Notes: generated from the letters alone by a model not told the origin. Positions 26,904 through 41,426 are shown, counted from the first letter of the stretch. The stretch: DNA of 64,000 nucleotides from Octopus vulgaris (GCA_951406725.2 OX597819.1:20770001-20834000), one strand, 5' to 3'. Program-made: numbers and translations.

Positions 26904-29118
26904 ACTGTCGGTAGCAAAATATTACACATCCGAATATATTTTCAGTTTATCGGAAAAGTTGTAGAGTATGGGACACTAATCTAGAAAAAAAATGGAGCAG
27001 ATATATTCCGGTAAAGACCAAGATGGCGCCTGGCAGTAACATCTCTTAAAATATATCTCTTCTGCTAAAACCTGGATGTTTCGTAATGTAGAGATGCAGT
27101 GACCGAAACAAGCTTCCTTCCATTTGATTTAATGCTTGATTACTTCCTAAATGTACTTCGTAAATATATCTAAAACACAGTGAATATTGTGTTACTTACG
27201 TGTCTTTATCGTAATCTCTTACCCCACAATTCTTGTATTTTCTCATCCTTCTATTATTGTAGATATTTTCGGTGTTTCTTTCCTGATGTTTCTTTCCTCT
27301 CCAGCTCTGTTCGTCTCCCCCTGCATTTCTTTTTCCCCACTGTGAAATCTCTAATATAACTGCGTATAATTGGTCAGTCAGGCGTGAATATAGCTTCTTT
27401 AACTGCCAAAATACTTCGGTCTAATCACAGCCATAATTTAGATGGAATATTTACTCTATATAATTTCATATTAATATATTTATCCAAACAAACGCTAAGG
27501 AAAGAGTTCCATTCTCTTTCTTCTCCTTGTTGGTTTTACACTCTGAACACTACTATTATATCAAAGCTGCTTCTGAGCATTCAAAGCGCTCTCCCTTCAA
27601 CTACCATGTATAACATATATATAGAGAGAGACACACACGCACATACACACAAACACGCGTACATATATACATAGATATATAGATATATATAAACATACAT
27701 AAACATTTAAATACATAACCACATAAACACACACATACACGCACACACGTATTTGCCTTCATATGTGTGAAAGATATTTAGTATTTATTCGCGTATAACT
27801 AATCCAAAGCGTTCGGTTATAAACCCAATACTTAATAAATCTCTAAACTATATTTATATTAATATATTTGCTAAAGGCATCTACACAATCAATATATCTA
27901 TTTGTTGCATTAATATATGTCAAGCTAAAAATATATTGTGGCATTGCAATGTCAGAATAACATTTATTTTTTCATCTTTTACGCTAGAAAAAAAATATAA
28001 TTCTCAGTGCGTCCTCATAAATCATGTAAAGAGAATTCTGATTTCATTTCTTACGTTTTACCTTCGCCCAAACATAGCAACTGTTAGAGAACGATGATGC
28101 AGATGAAACAGAATAAACGGCGTAAATCAAATTAACACATACAGCAGCACTCACCTCTTATTTTGTTTCACTTCCCTGCCATCATTTTGAACCATGACTA
28201 CACAGACAGTTTTGCAATAACATTCCTGGAAATGATGGAATGGTGTGGAGTGAAGAGGTTTGCTGGGGAGATGCTGGAAGGAAGATAATTACAAAGGGCA
28301 GCACACAAACACTTTGGCTAATACATCGATGCTGTTATTTTAGAGAGTTTATTTTGGACATAAATACACCTACTAATACATCTAACGGTGTAATTGCCAC
28401 TTTGAGCTGACAGCCGAATCTGTATGACGTGATATAGTCCAAATGTTTGCCACATCAATCGTCGTTTCGTTCTGTAGCCATGTGGGAAGCTAACGAAATG
28501 CCCACTGATCAGAGGCCAAAATCTGTCACGGCATGAGTCAAGATGGAGTATAAAAATGAAGGAAATAGAGAAGGATGTGCCAAAGCTAGGCTTGTCACAC
28601 GAAACGATATTGAGCTATAGCAATAATCAACTCCAGCTCAAACAGCTACCACCAACAGAAATTGCAATGAAACAGTCGTGAGGTAATATCAGATTAAAAG
28701 ACAGGAATAAGAGAAATTAGACGTAAAATCAGACCGAAAATAGAAATAAAATATGACAGAGATAGAGAAGAAGAGAGAAGAAAGAAAAGAAAGTAAAAAT
28801 AAAAAAAACAAAATGAAGAGGAGAAAAAGAGAAGGAGATAATGGTGAGTGTGTAGGCTTTTAGAGAAATGGTGTGGCTTGGTAATGGGGTGTGGGATTGG
28901 GAAAAGGAAAGGGAAAATAGCAAAAAAGATGAGAAAACAGGGAAAATAGATAAACAGATCGATAAACGGATAAGACATTTATACACACAGACACAAGCAA
29001 ATATACATAAACAGGCCATAGAAAACACACACACACACACACATAGTCATGTATTTCACTATATGTATGTGTATTGGCATACGGATTTAAACTCCTTTAT
29101 TGATATATTAGAATATAT

Positions 29119-29221
<103 letters not shown>

Positions 29222-29227
29222 TAAAAG

Positions 29228-29331
29228 TAGTGATATGGCAGAGTAGGCACCATTCCGGGCAGAATATGGAGTGGCATTTCGCCCGTCAGTACGTTGTGAG
29301 TTCAAATTTCGACGAGGTCAACTTTGCCTTT
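29228..29331 (+). mobile_element. SINE family B, 5' fragment
   Basis: TGGCAGAGT...GAGTTCAAATTTCGACGAGGTCAACTTTGCCTTT. Confidence 0.75.
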
Positions 29332-29509
29332 TAGTGCCTTATTATTTAACACACTCACCGGTAAAATTTCTACTTATTTCTTATTTTCTAAAATTGTATA
29401 TATATAATTATATACTTTGATACTTTGATAGGTTTCGGCCATTATTGGCCCAGGCCATGTCTAACTTAATAGCACCACCTGGTAATATATATATATATAT
29501 TTTACATAT

Positions 29510-29680
29510 AAAGGTAGCGATCTGGCAGAGTTGTTAGCATTCCGGGCAGAGTATGTAGCGGCATTTCGCCTGTCGCTACGTTCTGAGTTCAAATTCCGCC
29601 TAGGTCAACTTTACTCATCTTTTCGGGGTCGATGAAATAAGAACCGCCTGAGCACAGGGGTCGATGTAATCGACTTAACC
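29510..29680 (+). mobile_element. SINE family B, head plus core
   Basis: AAGGTAGCGATCTGGCAGAG...TTCTGAGTTCAAATTCCGCC...GGGGTCGATGTAATCGACTTAA. Confidence 0.85.
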
Positions 29681-29904
29681 ACAAGACAAAGTCGTTTATT
29701 TTTGTATGAAAATTTGAAAGCAGAATATATTTGCACATTACAAATTTTATACATGTAAACTGTGTTTAAGAATCTGTGTGTAAATGTGAAACTACACTGA
29801 TACAAATTTAGGACTAACAAGAGAAATAATGCAGGAAGGGAAACAAGATAGTAAATGTTGACTCCGTTTGATTATAACATTCATTTTACATGATTACGCG
29901 TAAA

Positions 29905-30055
29905 TAGGCGCCGACATGTTTGTCCGGTTAATAAGTTCGCTCTAAATTCATGTACTTTCGGGTTTCGCCCAAGTATGCGACGCAATGAGCAAGTTTTTTT
30001 TACTATACCCCCGGATCTTGTGAGTGGATTTGACTTACAAAAATGGAAATTGTGC
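29905..30055 (+). mobile_element. SINE family A, highly decayed 5' part
   Basis: AGGCGC...GAGCAAGTT..TTTACTATA.CCCCGG..CTTGTGAGTGGATTTG. Confidence 0.55.
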
Positions 30056-30163
30056 ACACTCAATTATATAAATACATACATTCTCTCTGTATGTCTGTAT
30101 GTCTGTCTGTCTCTGTCTCTGTCTGTCTCTCTCTGTCTCTCTCTCTCTCACACACATACATCG

Positions 30164-30380
30164 TCTATATAATAAAGCTCAACGTCTGTGTGTCTACACA
30201 TCCATAGGACGAAAGGGAATAGAAGATACATAAAAACTTAGAATGTGTTCTCATGTAAAATTTTACGAGTAAGATGATGAGCTACAAAAAATTTTTTTTC
30301 CGTTGCGATTACGGGGCTTAAAGTGGGGAAAACACCCCCTGTGAAATTTCAACACCAATACCTCCATAACTTGTGTCCTG
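30164..30380 (+). mobile_element. probable non-autonomous Helitron 5' fragment
   Basis: TCTATATAATAAAG...GTCTGTGTGTC start resembles those at 52949 and 55108. No 3' hairpin seen. Confidence 0.4.
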
Positions 30381-30393
30381 ATGTATATATATG

Positions 30394-30434
<41 letters not shown>

Positions 30435-30508
30435 GTAAAATATAGATCATATATATATATATTTATAATATATATAATATAATATACATATATTTATATG
30501 TTTATATG

Positions 30509-30541
<33 letters not shown>

Positions 30542-31520
30542 GTATGTGTGTGGGCATGCATTTGCGTATGTATAAGTGTATAGAATTTTTCTAAGCATAC
30601 TGCTTGTGTTAAAATTGATAATTTTATCGAAAACACGTATAATACAACGGACTGTACCAAAAGACGAACACATTTCCATCCATTTGTTGTAATATCATCA
30701 TCTTAAGATATAAATTTACTAAAAATTAATTTTTGTTCTATATACAAGAAACAATAAAGACTCTGTTAACGGAGAAAAGTATTTTGGAATTTAAATAGAA
30801 CCATTTTTATTGGGTTATGTCATACATTAAAATTTGAAAGCCACAGTGAAGACCTCTAAATCTTAGAGCTACTTCTCTGAAATAATGAAAATATAACAAA
30901 TAACAACCATTGATGTTATAGTCTCATGGCCTCCACCCACGATGTATTTAATCGTTTGTTTATTACTTCCAGAGCACTTCATATTGACATTTTGCAGCCT
31001 GTGAGCGATGCATCTGAATATTAAAATTCTTCCAAGTACATCTCGAAGGGAATGGAGTTCTTGAAATTCAGTTGTCTGCACAAATACTTTATGAGGAGAG
31101 AGGGCATGCAACAAGCCAAACGCTTGATATCGCCTGAATAGTTATCACAGTTTTTTCAAAGTTCAAATCATTATCATCCAAAAATGGCAGCCGCTTACAA
31201 TACGATCTGTAAATACGAGATACGTTTAAGTTTGTATCTCTGCCCTCCCTCACTCTCCCCCGCTCGTCTTCTCTCAGTAGAAGGCAAACAATCTTGATCA
31301 AGAAAAACTGAAGAGTTGGTCGTACGAGAGTTCTGTAGTTGGTTCATTTTGTTTACACACGTTACATGTACATTTATGAAATATGCACACATTTCATAAG
31401 CAATTCAGCAATTAACACACACACACAAATATATATATATATATATATCAGAAATATCAAATTTCGAAATATCTCATAGAGATATGTACGGTGGTGGAGC
31501 GATGAAGTATACAACCACCC

Positions 31521-31569
<49 letters not shown>

Positions 31570-31883
31570 CTGTAAAATAATATGTGACAATTATTCAATA
31601 ACCCAGATAAAACTCTGAGTTTAGGATGCCGAGGTGGAAATCCACAACACCATCTCTTCGGTTATCTGACCATCTGAAAAACGCTATGAAAAAAGACCGT
31701 TATACAAAGGGAAATTACTGTGTTATAATTCCGCTACTTATATAAAAGCGCTAATCTAATGACCACTAATTAAAATAAGGTTAAAAGTTCATAGTAAACA
31801 CGTAAGCATGCCTACTCATACGCTCACATTTACATAATATTGAGGTCGCTTTCTTTCTTTTGTTATCTTACCGTTTTTACCAA

Positions 31884-31912
<29 letters not shown>

Positions 31913-31914
<2 letters not shown>

Positions 31915-32216
31915 CACCGTGATCACCGTGACCGACCAGGTAATCAGATGTTGCTACACATCGCTGGTCACATTGCGCTTCGCATCGTTTTAGCCTTCAA
32001 ATGACGCCTACCCGCTGGCTAAACGAGCAGGCCAACAGAAGAAAGAGTGAGAGAAAATTGCGACGAAAGAGTACAAGAGGGTTCGCCACCACCCCTGCCG
32101 GAGGCTCGTGAAGCTTTTAGATGTTTTCGCTCAATGAACACTCACAACGCCCGGTCTGGGAATCGAAACCGCGATCCTTTGACAGCGAGTCCACTGCCCT
32201 AACCACTGGGTCACAC
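31913..32216 (-). mobile_element. tRNA-derived SINE family C
   Basis: Minus head GTGACCCAGTGGTTAGGGCAGTGGACTCG...GGTTTCGATTCCCAGACCGG has A and B boxes. A unique body ends in a (CACGGTGAT)-type tail. Confidence 0.8.
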
Positions 32217-32234
32217 ACGCACACACACGCCCAA

Positions 32235-32281
<47 letters not shown>

Positions 32282-32647
32282 GGTGATAAATAAAAATATA
32301 TGCATACATACAAACATATATGTACGTACCTACATCTACATGTATATATACATGCATATATAAATAATTATACGTGAGTACAGGACATCACAATAAGACG
32401 TAGAAACGGAAAAAACAAAAAAAACAAAAAACAAGAAAACGAAAAACGAAAAACAAGAAAACGAAAAAACAATTACAGGACGAGCTACACAAGGACAAAA
32501 CCCCCGTCATCAGCTGTCGCTATTGGAGTCAAGCATGTTTCGAAGGCAGAGACAGAACACTAATCCAACAAGCCTTCCTGCGAGAGAATTAAAATAAAAT
32601 TGCAAGCAGCGGGGCAAAATGAGTACGAACACGAACAAGACGTAACT

Positions 32648-32925
32648 ATAAAACTGCAAAAATAAAAATGCAAGTACAAAAAATACAATTATTTACAAAG
32701 CGAGAAAATAAAAAGAGAATACGATACAGGAAATCAAACACACAAGAGGACGAAAGAAAAAGCCTTTTTTTCTGGCATAGACAAACAATAAAACTGCAAA
32801 AATAAAAATACATGTACAAAAAATGCAAATAATTACAAAACGAGAAAATAAAAAGAGAATACGATACAGGAAATCAAACACACAAGGGGACGAACGAAAA
32901 AGCCTTTTTCTGGCGAAGACGAAGG
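32648..32925. repeat. two-copy tandem repeat, ~140-bp unit
   Basis: ATAAAACTGCAAAAATAAAAAT...GATACAGGAAATCAAACACACAAG...AAAAAGCCTTTTT.CTGGC starts at 32648 and again at 32788. Confidence 0.9.
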
Positions 32926-35680
32926 ATACTGTAACAGCGCGTGGAGGCAGTCTTTTTAGTAGTAAGAACCACGTGTAAAAGAAATTTTATTTTATAAGCT
33001 GGCAGTAAGGAAGAAGGAAGGAGGAGGGGGACACGCGGCTGAGAGAGAGAGGAGGAGTGGGAGGAAGAGAGAGTGAAGAGGTTAAAGCAAAGGCAGAGAA
33101 TTCCGCATCTTAAATATAATAATATAAAAAAACAGGAACCAAGAAGTGGAACGAAACGACGAATGTATGTATACATGCTAAAATGGAAGAGAGAGTTCTC
33201 TCACCGCTTGCAATATATATCGAGTGCATAGTGTACTCAACCAGCTGGAGGAGGTGTCCTACTGGAGTAAACACAGCACGACTGTTGGATCCTAGGTAAC
33301 TCTAGTATTTAGGGGGCGTTAAACTCTCCTTCCCAGTAGAAATACTGCTTTTCACTTCTTATGGACATTTTCTTCCCCAGTTAGTTTTCTTTTTGAAGCG
33401 TGAATGTATGTCATTTATTTTTCTATATATTGTGAGCTGAAGCGGAGTACTGTTATGTCTAGTGAAGATGACCGTACAGGAACCGAAACCATAGATTCTG
33501 GTGGTTTCGGGGCTGAAATAGTTGGGGGTTCTGTCCCCGTTTGCGATATATATCGAACGAAGAGTGCACTGCATAACCACTTGAAGGTGACCTTCTGTGG
33601 TTTAAAATAGCAGTATCATGTGTTCCTACAGAGCACATGTTACAGGTGGCGTTTAACCTCTCAGTATGTGTGTGTCTGTGTGACCCGTATTAATATATAG
33701 AATGTTTTTTTATCCATGCATATGGACGAATATGATATGCGCATGGTTATGTATATAGGATTAGGTATATGAATATATTCACACACTGGTACAAGCGTGT
33801 GTAACATACATAACATACGCGCATACACGCCTCACGGATAAATACTCGCAATTATTAACCATCAGCTCACCTATTCTTGCTTTCGTATGTCAGCTTGTAT
33901 ACCTGGTATTCCTGAATGTTTCTATGTGTTACCGTATATGTGCATGCGTTTATCTACTATTAATATACGTGTGTGTATATATGTCATATTATTCGGGCAA
34001 TCAACATGTTATATATGTGCACTGATATGAATAAAAACAACGTTATTGTCACACTGTTTATAAAGGCCATTGACCTGGGCGTCTAGAAACAGCCTTTAAA
34101 GTAAACAAGCAAATGAAATGGTGCACCACCATGTAAATTATCTGACTGGATGAGAACAATTTCATTATAATTGTAATTCAAGTCTTACGATCCGTACAAT
34201 ACACTGTTTCTGAAAACGCGGCGGATTATCGGAATCACGAAAGCGCTGTGTAGAGCAAAAGGGTCTTAAGTAAAACATTGTTTACGAATGATTTGTAACA
34301 CGAATGAAATAAGGCAAAAATGATTATTTGACGAATAGAAAATTAAAATAAAGAACTTCGTATTAATTAGAAAAAAGAATAGAATAAATAAATAAATATG
34401 AGAATGCAACATTTCCATTTAATCCTTCATTTTACTTCCGTAGTAAAATAAACCTGCTCCGTATTGTAAAGAATTGATTGTCTTCCATGTTATAGCTCCA
34501 GTTGGTACGGAACCAGGTGTGTCTTTCAGTCTTTGTATTGATCTTAACAACGAAACTGCAACTTCTATCACATCAGGCACGAGCTATACTCTCACACATA
34601 TCTGCATACATGCTGGCTGTGCTGCTACTTCTTGTAGACTAGAGCTCAGAGGTATTCCATCCATGAATATTCCATTTTTATTTCGTGTTTTCAGGCAGTA
34701 CACACTGAATTACATTATCCAATCTGAATATTGGAAATTAGGTTTGGTGTTAAATGAGAGATTTGGGCTTCAAAAATTGTGACAGTCACTTGTGAATGTG
34801 TTTTAAAACGAAAGAAATTCACGGTTAGAACATATTTAAAATATATTCATTGCTTGAACGGCTTTACAAGGATGCATATGTTTGACTCATTTGAAAGCAC
34901 ACCATCGTCAGCGCATGTGCAAGAATCAGGCGTTGTGTTTCATATATTTTACCTTTACACACTGACTTTAAATCCCCTCCAAGCGTGCTCTGCCTTTCAT
35001 CTGTTTCTGCTGCATTATTAATAAAACGATCCCTTCTCTTTGCCTCTTTTCCTCTTCCCTCTCTCACAAATTTAATCGAAATTCAAAGAATCATTCTTGC
35101 TACGCTTCTTATGATTTAGAATCATGTGAGAGGAACCCTCGGTCGCTTACAACTTCATTCCAAAATTGGTTGTTGAGGGCGTCAGACATCCTCCACAATC
35201 CTGAGTGGAGGTGTTTTAATGCTAGTTATTCATTTTCAATTGTTAACCGTCCACCGTAACTTACACTTTGTAATGTTCTTTACAAAACAGAAGAGTCGAT
35301 GACAAAGTGAGTTGATGCATGAAACACTGTGTACATGAGGAGATTTCCATCAGCAATGACTACAACCTAACCATGTTATTAATGATGAAGAACATTCTCA
35401 GGATACCAAATGTAATGCCTTTGAATTCATTTCTGCCTGTAATGTCTGAATCAATTCATAGGTAGAATGGATTGCTTACTTGCAAATAATAGGCTAAAAT
35501 CCTGCTTTATCGTGTCACGAAATTATTATCTCCCTTTAACCAGCTGCGATTCTTAGTAAACCACGTATGTTTGTTTTGTTTTCTTTTTCAATATCATGTA
35601 TTGTTTTCTTTTTGATTGTATCGACGAACTTCAAACTTCTGCCATTTCAGTGACAGAACTACACAAAAAGCATATATCGT

Positions 35681-35842
35681 GCGCAGGAGTGGCTGTGTGG
35701 TAAGTAGCTGGCTTACCAACCACATGATACCAGGTTCATTCCCATTGTGTGGCACCTTGGGCAAGTGTCTTCTACTATAGCCTCGGGATGGCCAAAGCCT
35801 TGTGAGTGGATTTGGTAGACGGAAACTGAAAGAAGCCCGTCG

Positions 35843-35913
<71 letters not shown>

Positions 35914-36087
35914 TGGTGTGTTTGAATCCCCGTAACTTAACGGTTTGGCAAAAGTGACCGATAGAATAAGTACTAGGCTTACAAAGAATAAGTTCTGGGG
36001 TCGATTTACTCGACTAAAGGCGGTGCTCCAGCAAGGCCGCAGTCAAATGACTGAAACAAGTAAAAGAGTAAAAAGAGAGTAGAAGAG
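35681..36087 (+). mobile_element. SINE family A with internal deletion and 7-bp TSD
   Basis: Homology to 329-750. TATCGTG at 35675-35681 and 36088-36094. Confidence 0.9.
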
Positions 36088-36849
36088 TATCGTGATCCAC
36101 CGACCAGATGTAAGTTGTGATTGTTGTCTTGCCCCACAGAAGCAAAGATCTAGCAGACTAACACCCAAAGATATTCTTTAGTTTCCACCAGATATATGGT
36201 CGATATTGTGAACTTGAGATATAAACCACCGCATACAATTCGTCAAAACCTTGTCTGAAATATTCGTAGATTATTTCCCTATTAATGAATCAGCTTCAGA
36301 GATCATTAAACGTTGCTTCGTAAATCGCCGCTCTTTTCGCAAAGTAGTGTAGGTGGATTTCCTAGAGAGAAATAATAGTATTATTAAAAATTATGCTGAC
36401 AATGGTTTCTATATTCGGTAACTTGATCTGTTTGTTACAAGTAGCTGCGAAAGTTGCATAAAATCAGTGTCTGAAGTTTTAAATAGATATCACTCGATAG
36501 ACAATATAGACATGTATTTAAAAACAAAACATTAAACGTTAGAACACTTTTGTCATAGATTTACACGATTAGAATCGAATTAGAGCGGCATGAGCGCAAC
36601 AATAATATCAGCAATGAAAAGAAAGAAGCAAAACTCAAACAGACAATACATTAATCATCTCGAGCTGAAGAACGATAAGAATATGTCTCTGTAGTGGAAA
36701 TACTCTTGTAATGATTCAACGTTATTGAGAGTTTGAGTGCGAGCAGCCATGAAATATCCAGATCTGCCAACAACGCTGTGGCCAACAAGATAGTCGATGT
36801 ATAATGGCTGGAATAAGAATATAAGCGGTGTGTGTGTGGTTATATATAC

Positions 36850-37272
36850 TCTTTTTCTTTTTCTTTCTTTTTTCTTTTACTTGTTTCAGTCATTTGACTG
36901 CGGCCATGCTGGAGCACCGCCTTTAGTCGAGCAAATCGACCCCGGGACTTATTCTTTGTAATAGTACTTATTCTATCGGTCACTTTTGCTGAACCGCTAG
37001 GTGACGGGGACGTGAACACACCAGCATCGGTTGTCAAGCAATGCTAGGGGGGACAAACACAGGTACACAAACACATACACACACATACATATGTATATAT
37101 ACATATATACGACAGGCTTCTTTCAGTTTCCGTCTACCAAATCCACTCACAAGGCATTGGTCGGCCCGGGGCTATAGCAGAAGACACTTGCCCAAGATGC
37201 CACGCAGTGGGACTGAACCCGGAACCATGTGGTTGGTTAGCAAGCTACTTACCACACAGCCACTCCGGCGCC
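36850..37272 (-). mobile_element. SINE family A, full length
   Basis: Near-identical to 16472-16877. Confidence 0.9.
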
Positions 37273-38019
37273 TATATGTGTGTGAAAACAAATAATCTAG
37301 ATGATTTGAAAGGTGAGAATCAAATTTATGATGTGAAACAGATTATCATAGGCAGAAGGCAGTAGAGATGAAGATAGGGACACATATATTTGCACTAGGC
37401 TGATGTAGTTGTTGCTTCACTGTAAAGAAAGTTTGCCTAAATAAATATTTGATGAAGGCCTTTTTGTCCATGCCCTGATTATTGATTTATATTTGTGATA
37501 CTGTAAAGTTCGGTTTGTTGGAGGCACAAATATAAGTTGTGTAAGATCAAGCAACAAGAGAGACGCTGCTGCTCTGTTCGATAGTTTTTGTATAGGATTA
37601 TGCTTCCTTCGGTTTCACTCTAATTACCTAATACAAAGCCTGCAGCAATTGTTTACTATCTAGTTCAGAAAAGCAGGTAACGTTGTTGTAGCGGTACAGA
37701 TATACGTGGTGTACGCTGTTACTCTTTTAGTATGTCATAGGTTGCAGTTATGATAAAAATTCCGATCATATCACACACGCACCATATGCAATAGTTACGA
37801 TGCCATCGACAGCTCAGTCATTATTTTCTGTGTATAAATCTTAGCGTCATATACCAAATCCTCTTTGCCTCTTTAAAATCTTTCTCTGGTTATTCCACGC
37901 ATTTAATGAAGTACACGCCGTTGAAAGCGATCGAGAGGAAATCTATTTGCGCCCCGTTCCATGGTTGAAGAAAAGACCAAATCTGTATCGATTTATCACA
38001 GCGAGCTGACAGAATCCTT

Positions 38020-38155
38020 CGGGGATGGAGCAAAATATTGAGCGCCATGTCGTCCGACTCATTACATTTAGAGTTAAATCACCACCTAAACCAGTTTTGC
38101 ATTTCATCTTGTAAGAATCGATAAAATAAGTACCAGTAAAGCACTGGGGGTCGAG
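38020..38155 (+). mobile_element. SINE family B, old fragment
   Basis: GAGTTAAATC...TTTGCATTTCATC...TCGATAAAATAAGTACCAGTAAAGCACTGGGGGTCGA. Confidence 0.6.
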
Positions 38156-39024
38156 GCAGCTCTTCTGCAGCATAGAAAGACTCGTGTAATGATTGACAAT
38201 ACCTCCTCCTTCCCGTCCCTATTGCAGAGAAACTTGGGGAAATATTACCTGTACGGATGATTTAATCGACAGGGAAGGCCTGAAGGCAGCAATAATCCAG
38301 GTGATATAACATGTTCTTTGAGAACATAAAGCAGAGAGTCATTGATTATTCTGAATAACATTCAAATAAATTTGTATAGAATCAGGGATTTTAATCGATT
38401 TAATTGATCGTGTTGTATTATTCATATCCATTTTCTAAGGCACAAAACGAAGTCCACTTCCGGCCTGACGCTGCCTGGAATAAAGTAAGTAGCATTTATA
38501 TACAATAAAATAAGTAGCGCTTGTATGCAATAAATAAATGCAGTCATGTGTTGTATCGGCTAAATTCTCATCGAATTCAGGAGAATGATTTCTAAATAGG
38601 CAGGAAGCTGTACAGAATCCAAATGTATATAAACAATCAATAAAATGGTACTAAAATACTTGACTCAATGGATCGAAAGAATCGTTTAACCTTGCAAATA
38701 TGGAATTGAGAAAGTCACAGAAAATATGCGTATGTACGGACACACGAAACATTAGTAAAGTATAATACACATGGTTTGTATGTATGTATGGTTGGATGCG
38801 GATAAGCATGAATGAATGTATGTATGAATTGTGTATTTGTATACACACACAAACACTCACACACTTACACACACACATAATTTGAACTATATATATTAAC
38901 ATGCATGCACATAAGTAAAACTGAATGCACCTACATATATATGTTTGTGTGTGTGTATATATATGTATATATATATATATATGTATATATTTATGTGTGT
39001 ATGCATGTATATATGTATATATGT

Positions 39025-39068
<44 letters not shown>

Positions 39069-39138
39069 GTGCATTCAGTTTTACTTATGTGTATGTATGT
39101 TAAATACATATATATGCGTGTGTGTGTGTATGTGTGTG

Positions 39139-39177
<39 letters not shown>

Positions 39178-40935
39178 TTATATTTATCGTTATATACACA
39201 CACGCACACGCAATACATAAATGGAAGCACTCTAAGAAGTAACTACCCCTGTTGCTCGACTGCTCATGCGCACTCGTCAGATATTTGAGCCTCATAGCCC
39301 GACACGGACTTGCGGCGAGACAGTGTACATTGTGTGCTTGGATTCATCCCACGAAGAATACCTACATCTCATGATCTGTTACCACCCACCCCCCATCAAA
39401 AAAAGAAAAAGAACAAAGAATTGCAGGAAATCTGTGGCAATTTGTATGAAAAATACGCTGCTTAGTGTGTCGAGGAGGCTGTTACGGAATGTGTTTGCCA
39501 ATGAAAAACTGCAAAAATTTGTCTGCGTAGCGTAGCTGATATCCTCACTTTTTGAGAGATATATTAGAAACAATCTCGTGGTAGATAACAACCATCTTTG
39601 GCTAGTTTGACCCTGTTGTGACCACTGCTCTGATTGGATTGCAATTGGCGCAGTTTTTCTTTGGATTTATTTTGCGCCAGTGTGTAAGCCAACCAATCAG
39701 GGCCTTCGATAAGGTCTCGTGACACTGTTTTTCTTATGCCTTGTTTGTGCCTAGTCTTCCTTCTCTCAAACAGTAGAACAGTTGTGGTCTTCATTATTCC
39801 TTTTGGCATTCTATTTTATATAATGTAATTGGCTATATATTTTGTTAGGGGCGACCGTGCGGCGTTCAAAAGGAGACATTTGTTACCAACTCCTTACATA
39901 CGGTCGTATTCCCTACATCTCATATACATTGAATGAAGCTTACCACCACCAACTTATTTCCATCCACGATTCGTTTAAGAACAGTAACGGAAACGGTGCT
40001 TTTTGAAAATGGTGACAGGGGATAAAATTCTATATAATTATGTGGAACACAAATGATAGTATGGTGGGGTGGGGTAGCGTTGTGAACGACTAAAAATCAA
40101 CCTCTAAATACGCTTCACACGCTCTCTCTGGGAAGCATTACAAGTGATATTTATGGTGTCTTATGTGTGTGTGTGTGAATGTGCATGTCTGTGTGCGTAC
40201 GTGTGTGTATGTGTGTGTGTAATCTTTTGTCTGGCGTGTATGATACGATATCATCTCTTCTCACTCCATCAGCGGTCGCAGAGGATCTGTAATGAATCAT
40301 ACATTTTTTGCCATATTCGTTTATCGTAGTTGAGAAAATATACCGAATATTCCATTGAGAATATTTTTTCTCTTTTCGTTACTTTTGCATTTCATATTCT
40401 CGGCTTATACACGAATTCAATATACGTTTAAGCGCGTGTTGATCTTGTAGTAGGGTAATATGTGCAATCGACCTTGTTTTATACACACAAGATATTATGT
40501 GTACACATATAATTGATTATCACAAAATCGTGTATAATTGCATACGGGTTGTGTGTGTGCTTTACACCAGTAAACACTGCCGGTTCCCACAATCAGTGTG
40601 CAATTACGACATCATACTTAGATATACACGCTTCACGGCTACATGTCTGCTGTCTAGCCTACGTACCGTCGTCTTCTAGCAAAGAGCCTAATTCCGACTA
40701 ATCATATTTACAGTGTGATGTTTGTGCAGGTGTCTGTGTAGCTATTCTCAAGCATGCTCAGTGCGGTCATTGACACGTATCGCTACAGACAGCGACTTAA
40801 AGCAAGTAGTTCAGGAACTGCGTACCCCGGGTATAACTAAGTGCACTACGATTTAGGCAACAAATATATAAATAGAGATAGAGAAATAGTAATAAATAGA
40901 GATAGAGAAATAATAATAATAATAATATTAATAAA

Positions 40936-40988
<53 letters not shown>

Positions 40989-41381
40989 TAATAATAATAA
41001 TAATAAAGAAAAGTCGAAAGACATGGCAGGTTAGCTTGGGAAGTTAAGCAGTTGTGGTCGATGAAAAAGGTAGCAGATAACCTGCTGTCAACCAACATTC
41101 TACTAAGAGTAGTTATCTATCAAATTCGCTTATCTTTCGGTGTTATCTATACCTTGATGGGGGATGGGGGTAAATAATATATGCCATTGTCAACCAGCCG
41201 TGGATGATATCGGGACGTTTGCCATTTTGGCAGGGACTTCAGAATTCCTAACAGTTGGGTCTCAGAAATGAAGAACGTACGAAATGAGTATGAATTCCTT
41301 ACAGTAATATGGACGCTCGTATGTGTGTATGTGCGTGTGTATTAATACATATATTATACATATTTATCTTTTATATATATA

Positions 41382-41426
<45 letters not shown>

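Noticed and set aside
27020-27049. AAGATGGCG (YY1 or start-codon-like motif)
   Set aside because: The frame closes after 8 codons and there is no convincing donor.
28479-28682. 67-codon open frame between an AG acceptor and GT
   Set aside because: A stop precedes the donor and the product is unrecognisable.
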